NCBI GenBank assembly: GCA_028826165.1
Contig: JAPDFW010000140.1
Span: 57,138 to 121,137 of the forward strand
DNA length: 64,000 nucleotides
Direction: 5' to 3'
Source of the DNA: Anaeramoeba ignava BMAN
Taxonomy: Eukaryota > Protista > Anaeramoebae
In this document: positions 52,039 through 64,000 of the stretch, one piece after another
How positions within the stretch are numbered: the stretch's first letter is position 1
How the letters are laid out: every line of letters begins with the position of its first letter
The notes under the pieces: model-generated
Told to the model about the DNA's origin: nothing
Databases searched by the model: none
What the model saw: the letters and a program-made list of their open reading frames with translations, nothing else
Program-made: the position numbers and the translations under genes

Positions 52039-53808
52039 TTAATTTTGATTATTAAATTTTTTAATTAATAAATCAAATAAATTTGGATTTGTTTGATTTA
52101 ATTGAAAATAATCAATTCCAATTTCAATTTCATTAATGATTTCTTGTGTAATTTGAATTTCATCTTTAATTTGATTTGAATAAATCCAATATTCAAATAT
52201 TTGAAATGATTTATTACTTAATTCACTATAATCTCTAACTTTATTTGATTTATCTTCTGTAACAGATAAAAACATTCCTCGATATAATTCACTTCTCATT
52301 ATTAATATTAATTTAGGAAATTTATATTGTTTTTCTTTTCTTTCAATAATAAAATCTTTTTCATTTTCATTTTCATTTAAATAAATTCTTTTCATTGTTT
52401 CTTCAATTTTTTCATTTGAATTTATAATTTCTTTAATTTCAGAATATAATTTTGAATTTATTATTTTGTTTGAATAAATCATTTCAAATATTTGATTTGA
52501 TTCTTTAATTGATTTTTTTGAAATAATTTCTTTAAGTTTTTCAATTTCAATTTGATTTTGATTTAATCTATATTTCAATATTAATTTATGAGCTTCGATT
52601 ATTTCTCCATTTTCGGTTTTAAATGAAATATCACAAAATTCTTTTCTTCTAAATAGTTTTATCAAATCTTCTTCAAGATTGGAAAAAAAAGGAGGAGAAT
52701 AATAAAGAAATGATTTATGATATCCACAAGAAAGATGATAATTAGAAATATTTTCATTAAATCTTAATTTAGGAAGTTCAATTTGAATTGGAATTGATTG
52801 ATTATTTCTATTTACAGCTCCTAATTGATTAAAAGAATTATTTCCAAATCCAATCAATTTTGAATTTGATGTTAAAATCAAAGTATGAGAACCTCCAACA
52901 GAAATTTCAAGAATAATATCATTATCATTTTCAAATAAATATGATTTGATTTCAGTAAATTCATAAGTATTTTCATCATTTTGACCAAGTCCATTTAATC
53001 TAAAATATCCACATGAATAAAGTTTTCTTTTTAGATTTTCAAATTCAATCAACATTATTGAATGAGCAACTCCACATTGAATATCAATTATTTTACCTTT
53101 TGGAATATTTTGGATTTTGGTTAATTTTTGAATTTTTATTTCTTTTCTTGATTCTCCTAATCCAACTTGACCAAATTGATTATCACCACATCCAAATAAT
53201 TCTTGATTTGAATTTAAAAGAAAAACGTATTTTGAAGTATTTCCTGAAAATATTTTAGAAACATTTTTCATCATTAAAATTGGTTTTTCTGTTTCTTCAA
53301 GTGTTTCAGAATCAAATCCAAGTTGGTCATATCTATTTGAACCAATTCCATAAGCATTATGATTTGAAGTTAATAAGTAAATTGAATTTCTTCCAGAAAC
53401 AATATCTTTGATTATTTTATCATTTTTATCTTCAATTAATGATGAAATATTGATAAATTTATTTGGATTTTCTGGATTTATATCTTCTCCTTTGGCAAAT
53501 ACATTTCCTTCTATTGTTAAAATAGCTTCATTTTGAAAACCAACAGTTACTTTTTGAATATTTTCTTCAATTTGGATTTTTTCAGGATTTTGTTTTGAAT
53601 ATCTTAAATATTCTATTGTTTTTCCATTTTCAAAAAGGAAAATTATTGCAAAAGAACTTGTTGAAATTTGTTTAATTTGTTTTTCATTTTCATTTTCATT
53701 TTCATTTTCATTTTCAAATTTAAATTGAATTGATTTTGTTATTATATTTGATTCATTTTTGAAAAGAGTTGGAAATTGATTTTTACCAAAAAATAAAATT
53801 TCTTTCAT
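52039..53808 (-). CDS. RCC1-like repeat plus BTB/POZ protein, intronless
   Basis: RCC1 motifs GSNRYDQLG, GCGDNQFGQVGLG, IQCGVAHS, ISVGGSHTLIL and GFGNNSFNQLG; BTB segments FCDISF...AHKLILKYR and KDFII...LILIMRSELYRGMF. Confidence 0.9.
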   Translation of the reverse strand: MKEILFFGKNQFPTLFKNESNIITKSIQFKFENENENENENEKQIKQISTSSFAIIFLFENGKTIEYLRYSKQNPEKIQIEENIQKVTVGFQNEAILTIEGNVFAKGEDINPENPNKFINISSLIEDKNDKIIKDIVSGRNSIYLLTSNHNAYGIGSNRYDQLGFDSETLEETEKPILMMKNVSKIFSGNTSKYVFLLNSNQELFGCGDNQFGQVGLGESRKEIKIQKLTKIQNIPKGKIIDIQCGVAHSIMLIEFENLKRKLYSCGYFRLNGLGQNDENTYEFTEIKSYLFENDNDIILEISVGGSHTLILTSNSKLIGFGNNSFNQLGAVNRNNQSIPIQIELPKLRFNENISNYHLSCGYHKSFLYYSPPFFSNLEEDLIKLFRRKEFCDISFKTENGEIIEAHKLILKYRLNQNQIEIEKLKEIISKKSIKESNQIFEMIYSNKIINSKLYSEIKEIINSNEKIEETMKRIYLNENENEKDFIIERKEKQYKFPKLILIMRSELYRGMFLSVTEDKSNKVRDYSELSNKSFQIFEYWIYSNQIKDEIQITQEIINEIEIGIDYFQLNQTNPNLFDLLIKKFNNQN

Positions 53809-53961
53809 TTTTGAAAAAGAAAAAAAAGAAAAAAATGATTTTGGAATTTTAATTTTAATTTTAATTTTGATTTTGATTTTGATTTTAATTTTTAATCAAA
53901 AAAAAAGAAAAAAAGAAAAAAGAATTTTGAATTGGAATTGGAATTGGAATTGGAATTGGAA

Positions 53962-56746
53962 TTAAAGATCTAAATTATCTTGAAGTTCTTTTTCTTCTTG
54001 TTTTTGATTTTGATTTTGATTTTTAGATTGTTTTTTTCTTGTTGTTTTCTTATATAAAAGAATTCCAATAATAATTATTAAAATAGCAATAATTGGAACA
54101 AGAATTCCAACAGTTATTGCTGTTGTGTTTGAATTGTTTGAATTATCAGTTGTTTGAGTTGGCTGATAAGGAGATAAAATTATAACTGATGTTGTTGAAT
54201 TAATTCCTGAATATTCATTATTTAAACAATTTAATGTAGATGATTGTTGAACTGAAATTTCATAATATTCTCCTCCATTTAATCCTGAAGGAATTAAATA
54301 ATAATTCATTAAAGTTGTTAAACAAATTTTTGTTGAATTGTAAGTAAATGAATATGCTTTTAATCCACTTGATAAATTTAATGAATTCCAATTACAAAGA
54401 AATCCATTAATTAATGAGATACAATTTAATGAAGTAATATTTCCTAATTTAGCTCTTGTTGAAATAATTGAACTAGGTAATCCTAAATATAGTGTTTCAC
54501 AATTTAAATCAACACATCCTCGAATTGAAATATTATATTCAATATTTCCTGATATTTCACTTATTATTCCAATTACTTCATTTCCACTTAAATCAAGAGA
54601 TGTGAATTTTTGCCAATTTGTTCCATTATCAAGTGAAATTGAATAATTATTTGCATTTGTTAATTTTGTGAAATTAAATTCAATTTCTTCAATTTTAGAA
54701 ATTGTTTCATAAATTATTGGAGAAGTTAAATTATCAGTTATAATTGAAATTGATGAAATATATCCACATTTTCCATTTGAATCACATGCTGATATATTGA
54801 TTTGATATTCTTGATTTGGAAATTGAACTGTAAATTGTTGATTTGATGATGTTGGTTGATAATTTCCTGAATCATTTTGATAAATTGATTGATAAGTTAA
54901 ATTATAATAAGATGGAATTGAATAAGTAATTGGTTGATTCCAATTACAATTAATATCTAATAAATTTGAAATTGAACATGTTAAATTTGTAACTTCTCCA
55001 AATAATGTTGAAATTGATGATTCAACAATTTCTCCTTTATCATCTCCTTCACACTCAAGTGTTCTACATCCACAAATTGAAATATTATAATCACTTCCAC
55101 ATTCTAAATTATTCAAAAAATAATCAAGCGAAGAATTTTCAACTGAAATGAAAGATATTAAATCAGGTTGAGATTGAATGAAATAAGAAAGATTATAATG
55201 ATCAAGATGAGCAATTCCTTCATCAATCTGAACATTTGGATAATTCCAAGTAACATTAATTGAATAATTTGAAGGATTTGATAATTGGAAATCTTTTACA
55301 GAATCAATTTTTGATGTTAAATTAATGAAAGAAGAAGATTCACCACATATCATTGATTCATTATCACAAGCTTTGATTTGAATTGAATAATATTCATTTC
55401 CAGTAATATTATCATAAAATGAAGAATTAAATAATTGATAATAAACATTCTCATTTTCAAGAATTGGATAATCAATATCAATCCAATCATATCCATAATT
55501 AATTTGATAAATCAAAGTTGAAGGAAATTGAATTTCATCCCAATAACAATCAAATGATGAAAACAAAGATGAACAATTAACAATATTAACTTGAGGAATT
55601 AAACTAGCTTCATAAACAAATGTTTGGCTTGCATCCCCAGCTCCAATAACAGTAAAATTCCCATAAACTGAAACAGAACATCCAAATTCTGAAGCTGATT
55701 CACTCAAAATTTTTTCTTGATTCCAAATTAACTCATTGTATCTGTAAATAAATGCTTTTTTTGCAGTATAAGTTCCAATAGCAATAACATCTTCATAAAT
55801 TGAAAGAGTCCATCCAAAATTTGAAGATGATTCATTCAAAATTTGTTCTTGATTCCAAAATGATCCATTATATCTGTAAATAAATACTTGATTTGCATCA
55901 TAAGTTCCAATAACAATAACATCTTCATAAATTGAAACAGAATATCCAAATCTTGAAGTTGATTCATTGAAATGTTGTTCTTGATTCCAAAATGATCCAT
56001 TATATCTGTAAACAAATGTTTGATTTGCATCATAAGTTCCAACAACAGTAACATTCTCATAAATTGAAAGAGAAAACCCAAATTCTGAAGGTCCACTCAA
56101 GATTTGTTCTTGATTCCAAAATGTTCCATTATATCTGTAAATATATGCTTGATTTTTACCAGAAACCCCAACAATAGTAACATTCTCATAAACTGAAACA
56201 GACTGTCCAAAATTTGAATTTGTTTCACTCAAAATTTGTTCTTCATTCCAAAATGTTCCGTTATATCTGTAAATATATGCTTTTTTTGCACCAGAAGCAC
56301 CAATAACAATAACATCTTCATAAATTGAAACAGGATATCCAAACAATGAAGCTGATTCATTCAAAGTTTGTTCAAGTTCAAAATTTGTTCCATTATATCT
56401 GTAAATATATGCTTTATTTGAAGCCCAAGCACCAATAACAAGAACATCTTTATAAACTGAAACAGAACCTCCAAAATACATTGAACCTGAAAATTGATCT
56501 AATAAATTCCAAATCCAAGCTTCATCTGGAGTAGAATAATATCTTGTTGTTTCTGTTAATGTTTCTATTTCTTTTAATATTGGTGATATTGATATTAATG
56601 ATGGAATTGATTTTTGATTTTGATTTTGATTTTGATTTTTGATTTTGATTTTGATTTTGATTTTGATTTTGATTTTGATTTTGATTTGATTTAATTAAGA
56701 AAATATTGATAATTAAGAAAAAGGAAAAGAAAAGAATTAATTTCAT
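53962..56746 (-). CDS. FG-GAP/FN3 membrane protein copy 2 (one apparent frameshift in the NQ repeat near 56610-56640)
   Basis: Same signal peptide as copy 1 at 56746 (MKLILFFSFFLIINIFLIKS) and an 839-aa ORF paralogous to copy 1. Confidence 0.85.
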
Positions 56747-56749
56747 TTT

Positions 56750-59700
56750 TTGTTTTGTTTTCTTTTTGTTTGCTATTTTTTTTTGAATAAAAATAAAAAA
56801 TAAAAAAATTAAGTAAAAATTATTTAATCAAATTTGGAAAAATAAATTTTTATTAATTTTTTTTTTGAAAGATAAAATGGGGTATTTTTTAATTTTAATT
56901 TATAATTTTAATTTTAATTTTAATTTTGATTTTAATTTTGATTTTAATTTTAATTTTAATTTTAATTTTAATTTTAATTTTAATTTACTTTTGAAAAGAT
57001 AAATGGAAAAATGAAAAATGAGAAAAATGATCTTTTTCTTTTTGTTGTTTTGTTTTAATTTATTTAATTAAAAATTTTTTTCTTGTTATTTTTAATTTTA
57101 ATCCCCTAAAAACAAAAAATAATAAAAAGAAAAACAAAATTATTTTTAAATTTAATTTGATTTAATTTCTTTTAAATTAATTTGATTAAATTAATTTATT
57201 TAATCAAATTAATTATTTTATTTTTATTGATTAAATTTAAATTAAAATAAATAAAAATAAATAAAAAGAAAGAGATCAAATAATTTAAAATTAAAATAAA
57301 AATATTGAATTGTTTAAAATTTATAATAATTCTTTTTAATTTTTAATTTTATTTTGATTATTTTTGATTATTAATTTCTTTTTAATTTTGATTTTTAATT
57401 TTGAATTTTTGAATTTTTGATTTTTAAATTTATTTCTTCTTTTTCTTTTTAAAATAATTTAATCAAAAACAAAAAGCAAAAATAGAAAGTTGTTTTTGGA
57501 AAATAGATTGTTTTGAATTTTTGAAATTGAAAAAGAAAAAGAAAAAGAAAAAGAAAAAGAATTTGGAAAATTAAAGTTGAAATTAGAATTAAATATCTAA
57601 ATTATCTTGAAGTTCTTTTTCTTCTTGTTTTTGATTTTGATTTTTAGATTGTTTTTCTTGTTGTTTTCTTATATAAAAGAATTCCAATAATAATTATTAA
57701 AATAGCAATAATTGGAACAAGAATTCCAACAGTTATTGCTGTTGTTGTGTTTGAATTGTTTGAATTATCAGTTGTTTGAGTTGGTTGATAAGGAGATAAT
57801 GTTGTAATTGATGTTGTTGAATTGATTCCTGAATATTCATTATTTAAACAATTTAATGTAGATGATTGTTGAACTGAAATTTCATAATATTCTCCTCCAT
57901 TTAATCCTGAAGGAATTAAATAATAATTGAATAAAGTTGTTAAACAAACTGAAATTGAATTAAAAGTAAATGAATATGCTTTTAATCCACTTGATAAAAT
58001 TAATGAATTCCAATTACAAAAATCCATTAATTAATGAGATACAATTTAATGAAGTAATATTTCCTAATTTAGCTCTTGTTGAAATAATTGAACTAGGTAA
58101 TCCCTAAATATAGTGTTTCACAATTTAAATCAACACATCCTCGAATTGAAATATTATATTCAATATTTCCTGATATTTCACTTATTATTCCAATTACTTC
58201 ATTTCCACTTAAATCAAGAGATGTGAATTTTTGCCAATTTGTTCCATTATCAAGTGAAATTGAATAATTGTTTGCATTTGTTAATTTTGTGAAATTAAAT
58301 TCAATTTCTTCAATTTTAGAAATTGTTTCATAAATTATTGGAGAAGTTAAATTATCAGTTATAATTGAAATTGATGAAATATATCCACATTTTCCATTTG
58401 AATTACATGCTGATATATTGATTTGATATTCTTGATTTGGAAATTGAACTGTAAATTGTTGATTTGATAAAGTTGGTTGATAATTTCCTGAATCATTTTG
58501 ATAAATTGATTGATAAGTTAAATTATAATAAAATGGAATTGAACAATTAATTGGTTGATTCCAATTACAATTAATATCAAATAAATTTGAAATTGAACAT
58601 GTTAAATTTGTAACTTCTTCAAATAATAATGAAATTGATGATTCAACAATTTCTCCTTTATCATCTCCTTCACACTTAAGTGTTCTACATCCACAAATTG
58701 AAATATTATAATCATTTTCAGATTCTAAATTATTCAAAAAATAATCAAGCGAAGAATTTTCAACTGAAATGAAAGATATTAAATCAGGTTGAGATTGAAT
58801 GAAATAAGAAAGATTATAATGATCAAGATGAGCAATTCCTTCATCAATCTGAACATTTGGATAATTCCAAGTAACATTAATTGAATAATTTGAAGGATTT
58901 GATAATTGGGAAATCTTTTACAGAATCAATTTTTGATGTTAAATTAATGAAAGAAGAAGATTCACCACATATCATTGATTCATTATCACAAGCTTTGATT
59001 TGAATTGAATAATATTCATTTCCAGTAATATTATCATAAAATGAAGAATTAAATAATTGATAATAAACATTCTCATCTTCAAGAATTGGATAATCAATAT
59101 CAATCCAATCATATCCATAATTAATTTGATAAATCAAAGTTAAAGAAGATTGAATTTCATCCCAATAACAATCAAATGATGAAAATAAAGATGAACAATT
59201 AACAATATTAACTTGAGGAATTAAACTAGCTTCATAAACAAATACTTGATTTGCACCATGAGCACCAATAACAGTAAAATTCTCATAAATTGAAACAGAC
59301 TCTCCAAAATATGAAAAAGGTTCAGTCAAATTTTTTTCTTGATTCCAAATTGATCCATTATATCTGTAAATAAATGCTTTTTTTGCATCATAAGTTCCAA
59401 TAACAATAACATCTCCATAAACTGAAACAGAATATCCAAAATCTTGAAATTGATTCACTCAAAATTTGTTCTTGATTCCAAAATGTTCCATTATATCTGT
59501 AAATAAATACTTGTTTTGCATCCCAAGCACCAATAACAATAACATTACCATAAATTGAAACAGAATATCCAAAATATGAAGGCCCACTCAAAGTTTGTTC
59601 AAGTTCAAAATTTGTTCCATTATATCTGTAAATAAATACTTGTTTTACATCCCAAGTACCAATAACAATAACATTACCATAAATTGAAACAGAATATCCA

Positions 59701-61180
59701 AAATATGAAGATGATTCATACAAAGTTTGTTCTTCATTCCAAAATGTACCATTATATCTGTAAATATATGTTTTATTTGCAATAGTTCCAACAACAGTAA
59801 CATTCTCATAAACTGAAACAGACTGTCCAAAATATGAAACTGATTCATACAAAATTTGTTCTTCATTCCAAAATGTTCCGTTATATCTGTAAATATATGC
59901 TTTAGTTACATCAGTAGATCCAATAACAATAACATCTTCATAAACTGAAACACTCAATCCAAAATATGAAGGCCCACTCAAAATTTGTTCAAGTTCAAAA
60001 TTTGTTCCATTATATCTGTAAATATATGCTTTATTTGCACCATAAGCACCAATAACAAGAATATCTTTATAAACTGAAACAGAATGTCCAAAAAATCCTG
60101 AAGCTGAAAATTGATCTAATAAATTCCAAATCCAAGCTTCATCTGGAGTAGAATAATATCTTGTTGTTTCTGTTTCTTTTTAATGTTGGTATTAATGATG
60201 GAATTGATTTTTGATTTTGATTTTGATTTTGATTTTGATTTTTGATTTTGATTTTGATTTTGATTTTGATTTTGATTTTGATTTTGATTTTGATTTGATT
60301 TAATTAAGAAAATATTGATAATTAAGAAAAAGGAAAAGAAAAAAGAATTAATTTCATTTTTGTTTTGTTTTCTTTTTTTGTTTGCTATTTTTGAATAAAA
60401 ATAAAAATAAAAATTAAGTAAAATTAATTTAATCAAATTTGGAAAAATAAATTTTATTAATTTTTGAAAGATAAAATGGGGTATTTTTAATTTTAATTTA
60501 TAATTTTAATTTTAATTTTAATTTTGATTTTTAATTTTAATTTTAATTTTAATTTGAATTTTAATTTTAATTTTAATTTTAATTTTAATTTTAATTAACT
60601 TACTTTTGAAAAGATAAATGGAAAAATGAAAAATGAGAAAAATGATCTTTTTCTTTTGTTGTTTTGTTTTAATTTATTTAATTAAAAATTTTTCTTGTTA
60701 TTTTTAATTTTAATCCCCTAAAACAAAAATAATAAAAAGAAAAACAAAATTATTTTTAAATTTAATTTGATTTAATTTCTTTTTAAATTAATTTGATTAA
60801 ATTAATTTATTTTAATCAAATTAATTATTTTATTTTTATTGATTAAATTTAAATTAAAATAAATAAAAGAAATAAATAAAAGAAAGAGATCAAATAATTT
60901 AAAATTAAAATAAAAAATATTAAATTGTTTAAAATTTATAATAATTCTTTTAATTTTATTATTTTTGATTATTAATTTCTTTTTAATTTTGATTTTAATT
61001 TTGAATTTTTGAATTTTTGATTTTTAAATTTATTTCTTCTTTTTCTTTTTAAAATAATTTAATTAAAAACAAAAAGCAAAATAGAAAGTTGTTTTTGGAA
61101 AATAGATTGTTTTGAATTTTTGAAAAGAAAAAGAAAAAGAAAAAGAAAAAGAATTTGGAAAATTAAAGTTGGAATTTAAA
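56750..61180. repeat. Tandem segmental duplication: intergenic 56750-57588 is nearly identical to 60358-61180 (period about 3.6 kb)
   Basis: Shared landmarks GATAAAATGGGGTATTTTT, AATCCCCTAAAA, AGAGATCAAAT and AATAGAAAGTTGTTTTTGGAAAATAGATTG occur in both. Confidence 0.92.
57589..60357 (-). CDS. FG-GAP/FN3 membrane protein copy 3 (several single-base frameshifts; gene or pseudogene)
   Basis: Consecutive ORF fragments collinear with copies 1 and 2 from ATG 60357 to stop 57589. Confidence 0.75.
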
Positions 61181-63865
61181 TTAAAGATCTAAATCAGTAT
61201 GAAGCTCTTTTTCTTTGATAATTTCTTTTAATAATTTGTTTTTCTTGTTTTCTTCTTATAAAAGTAATTCAATAATAATTATTAAAATAGTAATAATTGG
61301 AACAAAATTCCAACAGTTATTGCTGTTGTGTTTGAATTGTTTTGAATCAGTTGTTTGAGTTGGTTGACAAGGAGATGATGTTTAATTGATGTTGTTGAAT
61401 TGATTCCTGAATATTCATTATTTAAACAATTTAATGTAGATGATTGTTGAACTGAAATTTCATAATATTCTCCTCCATTTAATCCTGAAGGAATTAAATA
61501 ATAATTCAAAAGTTGTTAAACAAATTTTTGTTGAATTGTAAGTAAATGAATATGCTTTTAATCCACTTGATAAATTAATGAATTCCAATTACAAACAAAT
61601 CCATTAATTAATGAAATGCAATTTAATGAAGTAATATTTCCTAATTTAGCTCTTGTTGAAATAATTGAACTAGGTAATCCCTAAATATGGTGTTTCACAA
61701 TTTAAAAATCAATACATCCTCGAATTGAAATATTATATTCAATATTTCCTGATATTTTCTTATTATTCCAATAACTTCATTTCCACTTAAAATCAAGAGA
61801 TGAATTTTTGCCAATTTGTTCCATTATTAAGTGAAATTGAATAATTATTTGCATTTGTTAATTTTGTAAAATTAAATTCAATTTCTTCAATTTTGGAAAT
61901 TGTTTCATAAATTATTGGAGCTATTGCAAAATTATCAGTTATAAGTGAAATTGATGAAATATATCCATCTTCCATTTGAATCACATGCTGATATATTGAT
62001 TTGATATTCTTGATTTGGAAATTGAACTGTAAATTGTTGATTTGATGAAGTTGGTTGATAATTTCCTGAATCATTTTGATAAATTGATTGATAAGTTAAA
62101 TTATAATAAAATGGAATTGAACAATTGGTGGTTGATTCCAATTACAATTAATATCAAATAAATTTGGAAATTGAACATGTTAAATTTGTAACTTCTTCAA
62201 ATAATAATGAAATTGATGATTCAACAATTTCTCCTTTATCATCTCTTCACACTTAAGTGTTCTACATCCACAAATTGAAAATATTATAATCACTTCCACA
62301 TTTTAAATTATTCAAAAGATAATCAAGTGAAAATTTTCAACTTTGGAATGAAAGATATTAAATCGGGTTGGATTGGGAGAAATAAGAAAGATTATAATGA
62401 TTCAAAGATGCAATTCCTTCATTGATTTGAACATTTGGATAATCCCCAGTAATATTAATTGAATATTTGAAGGATTTGATGGTGGAAATCTTTACAGAAT
62501 CAATTTTGATGTTAAATTAATGAAAAGAAGATTCACCATATCATTGATTCATTATCACAAGTTTTTGATTTGAATTGAATAATATTCATTTCCAGCTAAT
62601 ATTATCATAAAAATGAAGAATTAAATAATTGATAATAAACATTCTCATTTTTGAAATTGGATAATCAATATCAATCATATCCATAATTAATTTGATAAAT
62701 AAAGTTGAAGGAAATTCAATTTTATTCCAATAACAATCAAAACATGAGAACAAAAAGATGAACAATTAACAATGAGAAATGAAACTAGCTTCATAAATAA
62801 ATGCTTGATTTGCATCATAAGCTCCAATAACAGTAAATTCCCCATAAACTGAAACAGAACATATCAAAAAGTGAAACTGAAGGTTGACTCAAAATTTTTC
62901 TTGATTCCAAATCGATTCATTGTATCTGTAAATAAATGCTTGATTTGCTCCATAAGCTCAACAACAATAACATTCCCATAAATTGAAACACTCCTTCAAA
63001 AATGAAACAGAAGATTCATTCAAAATTTGTTCTTGATTCCAAATTGATCCATTATATCTGTAAATAAATGCTTGATTTGCAGCATTAAAACCAATAACAG
63101 TAACATCTTCATAAACTGAAAACACTCCATCCAAAAGATTGAGCTGATACCAGAAATTTTGTTCTTGATTCAAATTGATCCATTATATCTGTAAATAAAT
63201 GTTTGATTTGAATAACAAGCTCCCAATAAATAACATTTATAAATTGAAACACTCCTTCCAAAATTTGAAAGCTGATTCATACAAATTTTTGTTCTTGATT
63301 CCAAATGTTCCATTATATCTGTAAATAAATGCTTGTTTTTGCATAATAAGTCTAATAACAAAAATATTCTCATAAATTGAAACACTCCTTCCAAAAAATG
63401 AAGCTGATTCATACAAATTTTGTTCTTGATTCCAAAAATGATCCAATTGCAAAATAAATGCTTAGACGGTACCATGAGCTCCAAATAACAATAACATTTA
63501 TAAATTGAAACAGAACATCAAAATATGTAGCTGATTCATAGAAAGTTTGTTCAAATTCAAAATTTGTTCCAGTATATCTGTAAATAAATATTTGATTTGC
63601 TTCAGGAGCACCAATAACAAGAACATCTTTATAAATTGAAACAGAACCTAAAAATATCCTGAACCTGAAAAATTGATCTAATAAATTCAAAACCAAGCTT
63701 CATCTGGGTAGAATAATATCTTGTTGTTTCTGTTAATGTTTCTAATTTCAATATTGGTGATATTGATATAATGATGGAATTGATTTTTATTTGATTTATT
63801 TTGATTTGATTTAATTAAGAAAATGTTAATAATTAAGAAAAAGAAAAGAAAAGAATTAATTTCAT
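61181..63865 (-). pseudogene. FG-GAP/FN3 membrane protein copy 4, heavily frameshifted as assembled (may be low-quality consensus)
   Basis: Collinear with the other copies from ATG 63865 to TAA 61181, with many 1-nt indels, mostly in homopolymers. Confidence 0.6.
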
Positions 63866-64000
63866 TTTTGCTTTTTAATAAAAATAAAAATAGTAAAATT
63901 AAATAAAAATTTTGTATTTTTGTGTTTTTTGTAAGCGGGCTTTATAAAGGATGTAGAATGAAGAAAAACAAACAAAAATGAAAATGATCTTTCTTGGTTT

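Noticed and set aside
57589-63865. Progressive pseudogene decay of receptor copies 3 and 4
   Set aside because: Indels are mostly in homopolymers and increase toward the window end, as expected for poorly polished repeats; decay cannot be separated from error here.

Overview
Extremely AT-rich, gene-dense eukaryotic DNA with GT-AG spliceosomal introns and the standard genetic code. The BTB/RCC1/ankyrin gene expansions and TCATTT initiator-like motifs suggest an anaerobic metamonad such as Anaeramoeba; that assignment is inference only. About 21 genes can be assembled by hand: a coiled-coil plus degenerate GBP-like protein, a DHHC palmitoyltransferase, site-1 protease, PHF5A, an LRR/U-box protein, a bZIP factor, an NT-C2 protein, Vta1, Rheb, a Rab5-family GTPase, two ankyrin-BTB genes, an NMNAT-like enzyme, a PP2A B'' subunit, an RCC1-BTB protein, four tandem FG-GAP/FN3 surface-protein genes and two unknowns. 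Many introns and convergent intergenic regions are filled with simple satellites. The standout is 38944-46664 (minus strand), which looks almost empty in the ORF track. It is a roughly 57-exon ankyrin-BTB gene in which each ankyrin repeat is one 93-120 nt exon. The variable beta-hairpin residues between repeats are supplied by 27 separate single-codon (3-nt) exons, one 1-nt exon and 6-, 9- and 13-nt exons. A neighbouring ankyrin-BTB gene shows the same design. All exon models were read by eye and need RNA confirmation. Several single-base frameshifts, worst near the right end, look like long-read consensus errors.
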